A DNA stretch of 63,451 nt, the filler included, from Salisapilia sapeloensis CBS 127946 (lineage: Eukaryota; Protista; Oomycota), in the NCBI GenBank assembly GCA_023334545.1. It is 16 parts of 16 records of this genome, joined end to end, with 100 filler letters (N's around TTAATTAATTAA, not from the genome) between each part and the next. Parts side by side here need not be neighbours in the genome. Positions count along the whole stretch, not along the records: positions 28,114 to 40,887 come from JAADVB010000407.1; positions 40,988 to 42,913 come from JAADVB010001004.1; positions 43,014 to 46,670 come from JAADVB010000732.1; positions 46,771 to 48,216 come from JAADVB010001146.1; positions 48,317 to 53,395 come from JAADVB010000642.1; 11 more parts are not named here. One strand, written 5' to 3'. Positions 36,337-48,368 of the stretch are shown here, in pieces (position 1 is the stretch's first letter; every line of letters starts with the position of its first letter). The position numbers and the translations under genes are program-made. A model generated the notes under the pieces. It was not told where the DNA came from. It ran no database searches and saw only the letters and a program-made list of their open reading frames with translations.

Positions 36337-36699
36337 TTAAGAAATGATACAAGCTGGAGGCTGGGCTTGAGTAGGCTGACGGTTACGCTCGGATGTGACG
36401 CGCTCGAGCTCTTTCATCGAGACGGTGTAGCATCGGATGAAGGCTTCGCGGTTATCCAAGGCGTGGACGGTACGATCATGGATGAGCCGATTACGACAAC
36501 TTGCGAGGTACCGGAGAGACTTGACGGTCGTCGACGGAAGGTCTCCCTCGATATCTGAGACCTTTTCATGCAAGCCTTTGCCACCAGCGTGGAAATTTTC
36601 TTCGAGGTAGCTTTCCGCTTCTTTCGTAAGGACGATTGCTAGCTCGTAGTCATTGCTAGAGTATTCCACTTGAGGTTCGCGGGACTGTGCTGCTCCCAT
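36337..36699 (-). CDS. Small HEPN-superfamily (DUF4145-like) protein with N-myristoylation and CaaX motifs, 120 aa
   Basis: MGAAQS (G2, S6); core EAESYLEENFHAGGKGLHEKV...LRYLASCRNRLIHD with R-x4-H; ends CIIS-stop; intronless. Confidence 0.8.
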   Translation of the reverse strand: MGAAQSREPQVEYSSNDYELAIVLTKEAESYLEENFHAGGKGLHEKVSDIEGDLPSTTVKSLRYLASCRNRLIHDRTVHALDNREAFIRCYTVSMKELERVTSERNRQPTQAQPPACIIS

Positions 36700-37933
36700 G
36701 CTTAGCTCCCTCGCGTCTTGGAGTACTATGGGAGGCGTTTAACGTCGATGTGCAAGAACAAATTAGCTTGAAGGTATATATGTGGAGGCAGGAATTGAGA
36801 AAGAGAACCTTGTGGTGTTAAGAGGAAAGGATGAGTCGTTGTGGAGTGTGAAGTAGCCGAGGCCTCAAGCATTCGCTTACGAACGAGGTGTCCGATTCGA
36901 GGTAGAAATGCTCACTAGTGCTGTTTTTGATAACCATATGGAATTGCTGGCTACTTTGATTTGTAGGAAGTATGCTTGTGCTACATGTAGAGACGACGAA
37001 GGGATCTGATGTTGGAATGATATATTAGTAGAGGAAGTAAAACTGTCGAGGTTTGTCATGCATAGATCGAGATAAGAGCCATCTTGTCATTCTTATCGTT
37101 GCTGTAGAGATGCATTCTCGTCAAACTGTTTCTTTCTTCTGTACATGTAAATTTGTAGCTGTAGGAGATGTCAATCCGGGTACACGATGAGCTAGTGGAG
37201 CGATGGAGATACCCTGCTAGTCGTACATTTCCGAGTCTCCGTTTATCCACATCAAGTGAACTGATGACTACGCTAAGATCAATGGACTCTTCCTTACACT
37301 CCACCTTGCTTCATTCAGTATTCAAACACAATATATCTCCATTTAAACTGCTAGACAATGCTCTATCCTGTAGTAGATTCTAGAGCTTACAAGACTGGAT
37401 GCATGCTCCAGCACCTTTCGATGATCTTCTCACGCATGAAATTCGAACAAGCCAGTTTGAAATTCAATCGAACAAGTTTTTTATCCGTCTGCGGATTGAC
37501 GGAATTCAAGTCTGTCACACTTGTGATTGGTGAACGTTTCAAAAATTTTGGCGCGAGATCGTAGTCATCGAAAAAGGGCACTTCGAACCGGCGACGGATC
37601 GGCTGCAAGGTCCATCAACGCCATCACCAGCGCAACCTCTTCTCCAAGAACATCACGTCCTTCGGTTCCTACGTGTATCCTGTGCAATTGACAAGCACGA
37701 TATCACGTACTCTTGCCGGTATTGCCGTTTTCGCATTTCGATTCTCCCGCGAATTCACACATTGAAGAAGACGTCCCATCTTTATCTACTTGATCGCTCG
37801 TTTTATCCAGACTAGTACATACAGACGTAAGGATATATGTAAGCAATACGGTGGTCCCCTCCATGTAGCACCACGTTGTACCACACGCCGTTATCAGATA
37901 CACAGACACTTATTCTATCTTGGACAGACAAGC

Positions 37934-39874
37934 ATGCCAGGTGATGACGAGAGCTCGTTCATGAGCCCTACAAAGGTGCAATCAGCTTCCGCGATAAACC
38001 CAGCAACACCAGCAACAGTAAGTAGAATCCTATTGCTCCAACTTCTTCTAAACACACTTTCTGACTCTTCATCTCCTAGTCGCGCACTATTCGCGTAGCA
38101 GATCCAAGTCCGAATCGAACGGAAGCTGCTGCTGCTATGTTAAACCTACTGGCAGCTCCCCCAGCATCACAAGATCTTGTGGCACATACGGTAGAAACCT
38201 CTTTACATCGATGTATGCAAGGAAGTACTCATCCGTATGCACAGCCAGCGCAACCACAAGAGACAAAGGCAGCTTCTACGCCCGTAAAGAAGCGCGGGAG
38301 CTCAGCGAAACGCAAGTTAGCCAAACCTCCGGTGAAGAAACCCAAGGCACAGAGCAAGAAGACGAGTAAAAAAGTAGCTGGCTCTGGCAAAGACGAAGTG
38401 AACGGACTGAACGACTCGATGGAGCATTGTGTTATGAGCGGAAACGAATCTGAGACATCTGCGAAGAAGACTAAGAAGAAATGGACGACCGGTCAAGGTG
38501 TCCAATGCGTTCCTTATCGCGAGTACAGTCGCAAGGACAAGTCTCTCGGTCTACTCGTCGAAAAGTACGTTTCGTATCGATGTTTATTGAAGGTACGCTC
38601 TAAGTCGTCATAGCTTTTTGAAATTATACGAAGCGAGTGGCGTATCGGAGATCTGTTTAGATCACGCCGCGCAGGAGCTTGGTACGTTCTTCTCGCTCTT
38701 GTAGGAGTACGCGTAGCTTATACATGAGCTAGATGTTGGACGACGGAGAATTTATGATATTGTGAACATTCTTGAGAGCATCCATCTCGTCAGTCGACGG
38801 AGTAAGAGTTGGTACAATTGGCATGGACTTGAGGCACTACCGACGTCAACTAGTGCCATGAAGGTATATTCTTATAGCATCCTGTAATCGAGAGGTGAGA
38901 GTAACATGGAGGATGGTAGGAATTATTTGCCGAGATGAAGAGAGGTGACGCTTACTTGCGCAAGTAGATCGACACGATATCTAACGTCTTCGTTTTCCTT
39001 GATACAGCATCAAATAGTCTACTGGTAGAAAATGGTCGGAGGAGGGAGCGTGGCTCCTTGTGTAAGCTCAGTCGCATGTTCGTCGAACTCTTTCTTGAGG
39101 AGGTGCGATGTCTTCTACATTCTCAAGCGACTACATCTGATTGTATACCATAGGAGAATTGTATCATCCCGTTAGATGATGCTGCAAAGCAACTAGTCGA
39201 AGAAGATGACGATACGATTGAAGACCGCGCTTTAAAAAGTAATTCTTGTAGTGAAGACGATGACGACGGTAGCTGACGTTGTACTAGCCAAGACACGTCG
39301 ACTATACGACGTCGCTAATGTCCTCGTGAGCGTTGGTTTGATTGAAAAAGTCCGCATGCCACACACGCGCAAGCCAAGCTTTCGATGGAAACATCGATCT
39401 GGCGCTCCTGTACTTGCAGAGGAGCGTCTGACGCAGCCGGAAGAAGAGATGGAGACGGCGGATGATGTCGAGATGAAGAGTCACGCCGTGGAACCAGACG
39501 CTGCTGTTGTTACCTCCCAGTCGTGCGGAAGTGATATCGTAGACGACGCGAAGGAGACGGAAGCTCGGAAGAGGCCGCTGACGAGTGAGACGCATGCGAC
39601 TGACGCTTCACCTCAGGTAGAAGCGTGGAAAAGAGTGAAAGTTGATCATGATGGTGTCGCGCCACAGATGCTGCGCTTTAATCCTGCTACGCACTCGCCA
39701 GTGCACCCGAATGTAGTGCTGGAAGAAGAGCAGACGCGTGTGAGTCGATACTTGGAGAATTATATTCGCGAATATGTCGATTATACTGGCCGAGGTCAAG
39801 TGCGAGAGGGCGAGCCGTCGACACAACTGGCCGAGTGGGCAGCGAATATGGCGAGAGACCACGACCGTGCCTAG
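37934..39874 (+). CDS. Atypical E2F (E2F7/8 / DEL-like) with two DNA-binding domains, multi-exon
   Basis: [71 protein letters not shown], assembled across short GT-AG introns. Confidence 0.85.
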
Positions 39875-40330
39875 CTTTGTTTTTCGTCTTGCTGTTATTT
39901 CCGCTCTCGTTGTCGTGTATGTGCCACGAAAATAGCATTGAATTGTTTCTTGGAAGGCATCTTGTATCGGTACTTGTCGAAGTAGTGTTGGGGTTTTGTT
40001 GAGTAAGAGGTAGGAGGTGCCTTGCTGTGCATATGAATGACAGAAGTATCTATCGGCAACGCGATGGCTATGAGTAGAATGTGCTTCATGCTACACGCTG
40101 TAGTTAATAAATATGCGATGGGGGAAGCTCTTGGGGTTTGTCTATCTAAACAAGTCAATTAGAAAGTTTTGATCATCCATTTAGGCTTTGTTCGTTGAGC
40201 AGATAATCAGGTAGTATACAAGGCATTGAAGGCATTATGTGATCAAACACATGGATGAATTAATTGTAATAGGAATCAATACCCAAGTCTTTGGCGGCCC
40301 ATCCTACTCTTACGTCGCTATTTACCTTTC

Positions 40331-40887
40331 CGCTCCTATCCATGCGTATCGTTCGATCCTCTGCCATACATTGGCAGGGAATAGCGTCGAGTGTATCGTG
40401 GTAGATCGCCAAAAGCCATTCAGGTTGAAGTGTCATTCGATTTGCTTGCAACATTGAGCTCTTCGCCATTTCAGTGGAACGAGTACAGTGCGAGTCGCAA
40501 ATATCGTCCAGTTATTCCATCCATCACTGTACTCTGTCTGTTCCGAAAGAATAGCGAAGGGCTCAATAGCGCAAGTAAAGCGAAGAGCTCACCAAGTCGA
40601 GCGACTGTTTCGCGCGCTTTGTCAAATTTGCACATTTCGAGCACCAGGCGTGCCTTAAAGTCTTCTCCAGGATGGTTTCCTCCTGATTGCATCAAATACG
40701 AAAGATCACTTGCTTTTGTACTCCTCGTCTGGCGGGAAAGCTATATTAGAGTGTTACGTTGGGTTTCCATTAGCCAGTGGCAAAGCTATATCGTCTATTC
40801 TCAATGAACGCAGAGGTGTCCGATTCGACTTTAATGGATAGAATTACAAAACTTGAATCCCATTTTTGCTGGACCGTTATGCAGCAC
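40331..40887 (+). repeat. Unclassified dispersed repeat, copy 1 (continues at 28114)
   Basis: Colinear with 53844-54390, roughly three-quarters identical by eye (e.g. GTTGAAGTGTCATTCGATTT.CTTGCAACA.TGAGCTCTTCGC); the last 60 bp are identical to 28114-28173. Confidence 0.85.
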
Positions 40888-41538
40888 NNNNNNNNNNNNN
40901 NNNNNNNNNNNNNNNNNNNNNNNNNNNNNNNTTAATTAATTAANNNNNNNNNNNNNNNNNNNNNNNNNNNNNNNNNNNNNNNNNNNNGAAACTTCGTGTG
41001 CCCAAGTTTCTACCGGAAGTCCGAGCTCTAAGAAAGAATCCTTTCATAAATTTTCTTACTTCTCTTTTCCTGGATGGCTCTGAGGATCTTTCGCCCTCGA
41101 TCACGCGAGTGTGTACGTAACTGGCTCTCTATGCTTGGATCCTCCATTCGTTGAAGAAGGTGCTGCATGGATGCCGCTGAAATCATAGCGAAGGTCATTT
41201 CGCTTGAGTGTCAGCTTCAACGTCGACCCGACGCAAGGCCCAGATCCATTTCGAAGAAGAAAGTGGCGTGCGAGAGAGGAAGAGGAATGCGTGGTGGCGG
41301 AGCCACACCAGCGAGGCAGTGGCTGGGACGGGCAGGCAGCAACGTCTGTCCTGAAATTAGGCGTCCCACGTCTCGAATATATAGACCAACATTAAGAGTT
41401 TGACGACATAAAAAACACAAGTGGAATCACAAACGGGCTCCAAAAATGGCTTTTGCATACTGAGTTCAAGTCAAGGACGACACCCCCACACACGAGGTCG
41501 AAAAAATCAAACCGCTGAGCCGTTCAAGCCAGAGTTTT

Positions 41539-41554
41539 GCTCATTCGCCGATTT
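41539..41554 (+). promoter_or_regulatory. Oomycete Inr+FPR core promoter element
   Basis: GCTCATTCGCCGATTT is a perfect match to GCTCATTYBNNNWTTY, about 90 bp upstream of the H3 ATG. Confidence 0.8.
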
Positions 41555-41636
41555 TCTCCGCCAGGGACCAAGACCAGCAGAGCTCCGACCAAAGCAGAAG
41601 AAAGAAATTTAAACCGTTTTTCGCGCCGACATTTGA

Positions 41637-42053
<417 letters not shown>

Positions 42054-42245
42054 GCCACTCTGGAGTAAGAAGAGAGGAATAACAAGCGTTCTATTTTGCC
42101 TTTACTATATTTGCTGTGTTTTTCATTGAGTTGCATTGTGGGCGCTGCTCGGCGTGTCTCTCAGTCCTTTATCCATCGTTGGATCGGTGGTTTGCAAGTC
42201 TTTCGCATCCGTCCAGCGGCTGGTACAACTTGTAGCTCATGGTAA

Positions 42246-42857
42246 CTAGGCTTCGTTGTTGCCGAGTTTGTCGATGAGAAGCTGTTGCTCGTCTGCAATT
42301 TTGGCCAAAGACTGATACTGGAGACTGAACCTATGCGTTTGCGTTAGGACGTGGGTGACGAGTGCATCTACATGCGCGACGTTGGTGAGCAAGGACCTAC
42401 CGTTCTAGCTCCGTCTGCTTCTCCTTTATGCGGAGTTCCAGCATCTGCTTCTGCCGATTGCGGTTCTCCACCTCGTTCTCCACTCGATTCCGCTGCCCGA
42501 TGGCCTGCACGCACATACCAAACACCGAATAACACCTTAGCAACAGACAATTTATTGATCGATCGTCTCGTGAAAGTAGAAACCTTGAGTTTCTCTCGCT
42601 CGATGCGCCGAGACTGGCTCTCCATCACGTCCAGCACGCCTTTCACCACGCCATGGAACTCGTCCAGCTCTAGTCAAACAATCGTCGTACGTCCGGTTAC
42701 TATTCTTTTCGTCGTTCGATTACAACGTACTGGTGGAGAACTGGTTGCTCTCTTCCTCCAGCTCCTGCGTGTGCGTGATCTTCTCCTTCTCCAGTAGGCG
42801 AATACGGTACTCGTCATCGAACGAGATCTGCGGCATCGAAGACTCGCCTCGACTCAT
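42246..42857 (-). CDS. IFT20: Intraflagellar transport protein 20 (4 exons)
   Basis: Manual splicing gives MSRGESSMPQISFDDEYRIRLLEKEK...QFSTK|LDEFHGVVKGVLDVMESQSRRIEREKLK|AIGQRNRVENEVENR...KEKQTELER|FSLQYQSLAKIADEQQLLIDKLGNNEA*; not visible as one ORF in the track. Confidence 0.88.
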
Positions 42858-43013
42858 TCTCCTCCACTTGCACGACCTTTCACACCACCGACCTTTCTCT
42901 TGATGTTTGTATANNNNNNNNNNNNNNNNNNNNNNNNNNNNNNNNNNNNNNNNNNNNTTAATTAATTAANNNNNNNNNNNNNNNNNNNNNNNNNNNNNNN
43001 NNNNNNNNNNNNN

Positions 43014-46000
43014 GCCACCACGAGGTCCGTCACGGTCGCCGAAGCCACCACGAGGTCCATCACGGTCGCCGAAGCCGCCACGAGGTCCATCGCGGTCACC
43101 GAAGGGACGACGCGGAGGTCCATCGAGATCGCCGAGGCCGCGACGAGGTCCATCACGGTCACCAAGGCCACGGCGAGGAGGTGCGTCACGATCACCGAAC
43201 GCATCTCGGACACCACCTTCACGGTCACGGTCAATACGCGAGCGCAGAGAGCCAGGTCCTCGGGCAGGAGCACCATCTTCATCTCCGCGCACAGGTCCAC
43301 GTCGTTCCCAGCGGCCTTCAGGAGCCGCAGCTGCCTTTGGTGCTGCACCGTTGCGCACATCCGTCCAGCCGCCCTCGTCTCCTCCGGCACGACGTCCAGG
43401 AGCCTTGTACGAACCGCCGGAGCCAAAGCCGAATCGGTTGCTCGCCTCCTTCTCGCGACGCTCTTCCTCCTTCCGTTTCTCTTCCTCCAGTCTCTTCTGC
43501 TCAGCCTCTTCTTCCTCTTGACGACGCAGCTCTTCCTCGACTTCTCTCTGGCGCTGACGTTCCTTCTCCTCCTCTTCCTCACGTCGACGACGCTCCTCTT
43601 CCTCCTGCTCGCGACGGATCTCCTCCTGTTCAGCCTGGTACCTCTCTCTCGCATGCAGAACACGCTCCTCAAGTCGTTCGAGCATCTTCTTCTTCTTCTG
43701 CTCCTCTGACGCCTTCTTGTAAGCTTCCTTCTGACGCTCGTGGTGAGCCGTGGCAAAGTCCGTAGCAAGATCATTCGCAGGCGACAGACGCTCTTTCTCC
43801 TGCAGGGCGTGCTCGTGGTCCTTTTTGGCCTGCTCGAACTTGTCCTTCTGCTCCTGCTCGAATGTCTTCTTGGCATCCACTCGCTTCTGCTCTAGACGCT
43901 GCTGCAGGATTGGTTGCTCCGTCTCTCTCGTCGCGCGGATGATATGGTCAATGCGACGAGCACTCTCCTTGAGCTTACGCTGAGCCTCTTCCTTCTCCTT
44001 CTGCGCCTTCTCCTTGGCCTCGTTCAGGATCTTCTCCCGATCGACGTTCTGGAGGTCTTCGTTCGCAAGATCCGTGCGGCCGAGCTTGGACAGCATCTGC
44101 TTAGTCTCCTTGAGCGTGATCTCGTCCTTGATCTTCTGCTTCTTCTCCGCCTCACGACGACGTGCCTCTTGCTCCAGACGCTCGCGCTCCATCTTTTGCC
44201 TGGCTTCGTCGTACTCGGCACGCTTGCGCGCCAGCGTTTTCCTCTTCTCTTCCTGGAGAGATGTCAGCTCACTACGCTTGCGCTCGATCAGTTCACGACG
44301 CTCCACCATCTTCTGGCGTTGCTCGGATAGAGTCGTTTTAATCTTCTGGACACGCTCCTTCCTCTCAGAAGCTTGCTCCTGGTGCTTGGACACAGACGTT
44401 GGCAGCTGACGCACCACGCGGTGCAAGCGCTCGCCCAACAGAGTAAGTTGAGCAGGGCTGGCCTCTAACTCGGTAGCGTCGCTGAATCGAACGCACTGCT
44501 GAACGTGGTCGACGCGAATCTTGGTTCGTCTCGACTCGACACGAGAAGAAGACTTGTTGCCTCGGAGGTACATTCCCGACAGAGACGGCGCACTCGAGTG
44601 AGCAACGGTGGAGAGCGATCTGGAACGGACGATGAGCTGCTCAATGTCCTCGTAGGTGACGTCCAGTCCCTTAAAGATGTCCTTCAAGTGCTGCAGCGTG
44701 ACGCTCGAGTAGGCTCTCGTGAGCTGGAAGAGCACGCGGCGGATCAAAAGACGCTGCAGACTCTCCTGGTACTGAGCGACACGCATGTCCTCGCTCTTCT
44801 GGATGGCCGAGAGCAGTGGTTGCACCTCTTCCACGACGGAAAGAGGGTCCACGTCCTGTTGCTCCATCAGATTGAAGAGCTTGGCAGCTTCTTCGCTGGC
44901 GTGAGACAAGAGACCGCCGCTGACGATCTTCTGGAGCAGCTCCTGACGAGTGGGAGGAGCGGCAAGCCCTAGCAAAGTGGCCATGTGAGATGACTTGTCT
45001 GTGGAAGAAGTGAGAGCCGAGGCTGAGTCGTCCTCGAGAACGCTGGACTCGCCAGTGTCTGCTTCAAAGTCCAATAGAGGGATGGACATGGCTGCCAGAA
45101 CGACCCTCGTGGCCATCTCCTGCTGCTTCTCCTTCTTTACCTGCGTAGAGGAAGCACTAGAAAGCTGCAACATACCGCCAGCTTCCAGCGCAGCCGGTCC
45201 GAGTACACAGAGTCCATACGATTTGTGGAGCGCAAAGGCATGGAAAAGGTAGTTCTTGGACATGAGGAAGATCTGAGCGAGACGGTCGTAGTAGGTGACC
45301 ATGAGGTCGAAGCGAGGGGCTTGCTCCAGCAAGTTCATGACCGTGCTGATGTCTTCGACGGTTCGGAAGGCCTCACTGTACTGCTCCAGCTCAATCGCCA
45401 CCTGCAGTTGCCTGTAGCGCATTTCGAGCAGCATCTCCACACTCTCCGGTGTAAATCCTTCCCATGCTCGCATCTGACGAGAAGACAGGGTCGTCGGCAT
45501 GGAGGCGTGGCGCTGCATGGCGCTCAAGTGGGAACGCAGCATCTCGCAGACGCGACGCATCTCGAGCTTTCGGTTGTTTTCGAGACAAAAGTCAAACGCA
45601 CGCAACGCAATGGACTTATAGAGACCCTCCAGCTTGGAGTTGCTCTTGAGAATGTCGAGCACTGTACGGTATGCCTCCCATGAGAAGCGCAACCACGGGA
45701 CCACGACTTCACGGTCAGTTCGGTCACGAGAGCCGTCAAAGGTAGTAGAGGAGAGCATGACTGCTTCAGGAGACTGTGCGGCCTCCAAGTCCTCCGCAGC
45801 AGCAGCCTCTTGCAGGGCTCTGGCATCACTCTCTGCCTTGGCCTTGTTCAGTCGCACTTCGATCTGCGAGACGAAGTGGTTGATAACGGTGGCAAGCGAC
45901 TGTGGATTGTGTGCTAGGGCCAAGTTTCGGTATTGGTGAAGTCCATCTTTCGCGACACGACCGAGCTGTAAGTCAAGACAGATATCCAAGTATTGGATCA

Positions 46001-46178
46001 TGAGCGCCTCATGGGTCGGCTGCCATGTTCTGTTCTTCTTCGCAACGAGAGCGTCACGAAGGATCTCAAGGGCTGATAATTTGGTTCGGCGCAGAACACC
46101 CTCGTCGACGTTAGGAATCGACAGGAGCTCTTGAGCCCGCTTCAACACATTCTCCGGCTTGTGAAAGAACGTCGCCAT
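43014..46178 (-). CDS. EIF3A: Eukaryotic translation initiation factor 3 subunit A, 3'-truncated within its C-terminal repeats
   Basis: KPENVLKRAQEL, AKDGLHQYRN, VVPWLRFSWEAYRTVLDIL, PCI region, long charged coiled coil, 10-aa (G)DRDGPRGGF repeats at 43014-43200. Confidence 0.95.
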
Positions 46179-46519
46179 GATGCCAGGCTATCGAGAGAGA
46201 AAGTGGATTCGTCCTAGCCATCGGATTGACGACTACAGTGCCTTATTTCACACTACAGACAACTTTCTGATAATTTCTTCAATCTGTCACTTGTTGGACT
46301 AATGCTCAGGACTTCCTCGATCCCTGCCTACACGACTTACAGAATTACAACAGAGCTCTGTCATATTGACCGATCATCACAATATTTCAGCAGCAAGAAC
46401 AAGATTCATCGTCACTCGCATAATCTACCCCCACCAAAGCCATTTCCAACCTTCACGACTATATTATCAACCTCATTAAGCTAAAAATTGCTGCTTTACT
46501 ATTCTCGATTATGCATGTT

Positions 46520-46669
46520 TTAGGTGTAGGCAGGCAGCGTGTCCACGGGCCCAAAGTCGCAGTGGCCTGGGCGGTAGCTCTTCACGTGCGTCGCCATCTG
46601 CGCGATCACGCACACTTGGCAACAAAAGCTGCTCCACATGTCAAAGCAGCAGTTGCCGGGGATTGAGAA
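46520..46669 (-). CDS. C-terminal fragment of a second PLAC8-family gene
   Basis: FSIPGNCCFDMWSSFCCQVCVIAQMATHVKSYRPGHCDFGPVDTLPAYT*, paralogous to 3372-4082. Confidence 0.88.
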   Translation of the reverse strand, partial: FSIPGNCCFDMWSSFCCQVCVIAQMATHVKSYRPGHCDFGPVDTLPAYT

Positions 46670-47158
46670 CNNNNNNNNNNNNNNNNNNNNNNNNNNNNNN
46701 NNNNNNNNNNNNNNTTAATTAATTAANNNNNNNNNNNNNNNNNNNNNNNNNNNNNNNNNNNNNNNNNNNNGACAACACTCATACCGACAAGGTGTGAGCA
46801 TAGCGAGCTCTTCCCCAATGTCAGCTTATAGGCCCTTAGGAGTCGTCCCAAGTGTCTTTAGATCATCCTCGAGGACGTAGACTTCATAGCGATTACGATG
46901 CCATCCGATGCAATTAGGCTGGTGATTTGCTTCCAAGATGGAAAGTGGAGGAATGAGAGATAGGAGAGCCTCCCAAATCCTAATGAGTCATTTCCTACCA
47001 CGTCATTACGATCAAATGACTCATTACAAGCCCTGGTAAACCCTATACCCTTAAGCCTTTCATGATCTCTTCTCTCAAGCTCCACGAATTGCCATGCAAC
47101 GGATCGCGTCTCATCGTACGATTAGACTGAGAGCTAAACGTAACACCTGACGTTGAAC

Positions 47159-48216
47159 ATGGGCTATTCTCTCCCCCATCACACGGATCTTCAATACACA
47201 AACATGAAGAATGACAGTGAAGTAGACGAAGAACGTGGTAGTAGCGTCTTATCGGCGATGTTAGCCTTCCTCTGTCTCTCCACCGTCTTTGCGCTCGTAG
47301 CTGTCTCTGACACACATATGCCAATTGCCCAGGCGGGTATCGTGAACGAGTACGCGCCGCCCGGTACTTGAATCTCCATTCTTTTTTAATCCCGAGCTAA
47401 TCATTTCGGTAGATTCTGTACAAGTAGCTGCGATGGAGCCTGTGTTGATGCAACCTTATAACGAGACTCTGGCTGTGTACCTAGCCTATGTGACGTCTGT
47501 GTCCTATTGTGAACAGCAGCACATCCAAGCCTGGAATTGCTCTCCATGCGCTGTCATTCCGCCTCTCCACGATCCGATAGTTGTCGACGACCCGAAAGAT
47601 AGTTTCCAAGGGCTTGTAGGATATAGTTCTGCCATAGATGCAGTGATCGTTGCGTTTCGAGGGAGTATGGACATTTCGAATTGGCTAGATAACTTTACGT
47701 TTTACAAGACTCGGCCGTTTACCCAGTTCCCCGATGTGCTCGTGCACATGGGTTTCTACTGGGTCTACCAGTCTGTCCAGAAAGAGATTTCCAATGCAGT
47801 CACAAAGCTCATGGAAAAGCATAAAGGAGCGAAATTGATGGTCACAGGGCATTCACTCGGCGCTGCCGTCGCCAGTATCTGCGCCTTTCACCTCCAATTG
47901 ATCGAGAACAGAACTGTCCATACGTCCTATACGTTTGGAGAACCTCGAGTGGGGAACCAGGAGTTTAGCCAACAGTATAATAAAGCCATTCCGAATCGAT
48001 ATCGACTAACGCATGCGAGAGACGTCGTACCGCATTTACCTCCGGCATGGACTGGTTTCTACCACACGACACGAGAAATCTTTTACAATGAGTTCTCGGA
48101 CCAGTATCAAGAATGTAATGACGATGCAGGAGAAGATATTAATTGTTCGAACGCATGCTCTCCATTCGGCTGCAACAGTATCGTCGACCATTTGACGTAC
48201 TTGAATGTTACCATGA
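47159..48216 (+). CDS. Class-3 (fungal-type) lipase with N-terminal membrane anchor, 3'-truncated (2 exons)
   Basis: IVAFRGS, VHMGFY, TGHSLGAA nucleophile elbow, TFGEPRVGN, DVVPHLPP, DHLTY; intron from about 47365 to 47413. Confidence 0.9.
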
Positions 48217-48368
48217 NNNNNNNNNNNNNNNNNNNNNNNNNNNNNNNNNNNNNNNNNNNNTTAATTAATTAANNNNNNNNNNNNNNNNNNNNNNNNNNNN
48301 NNNNNNNNNNNNNNNNATGATGCTCTATGCAGTTTTGCTAAAGTGGATCTCGTGGTGATACCGAACAG

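Noticed and set aside
32427-36699. PTE-like + BIO3-BIO1 + HEPN as a functional biotin gene cluster
   Set aside because: Tight spacing is general in this genome and no other biotin gene (BioF, BioB) is present; linkage alone is not evidence. The BIO3-BIO1 fusion itself is already known from plants, fungi and other eukaryotes.
43014-43200. 30-bp repeats as a novel element
   Set aside because: They encode the known 10-aa DR-rich C-terminal repeats of eIF3a
42962-43876. Long alternative-frame and antisense ORFs (also 16453-17109, 17616-18134, 19264-20142, 43181-43765, 31063-31671)
   Set aside because: Shadows of GC-rich real genes or low-complexity repeats; no independent motifs
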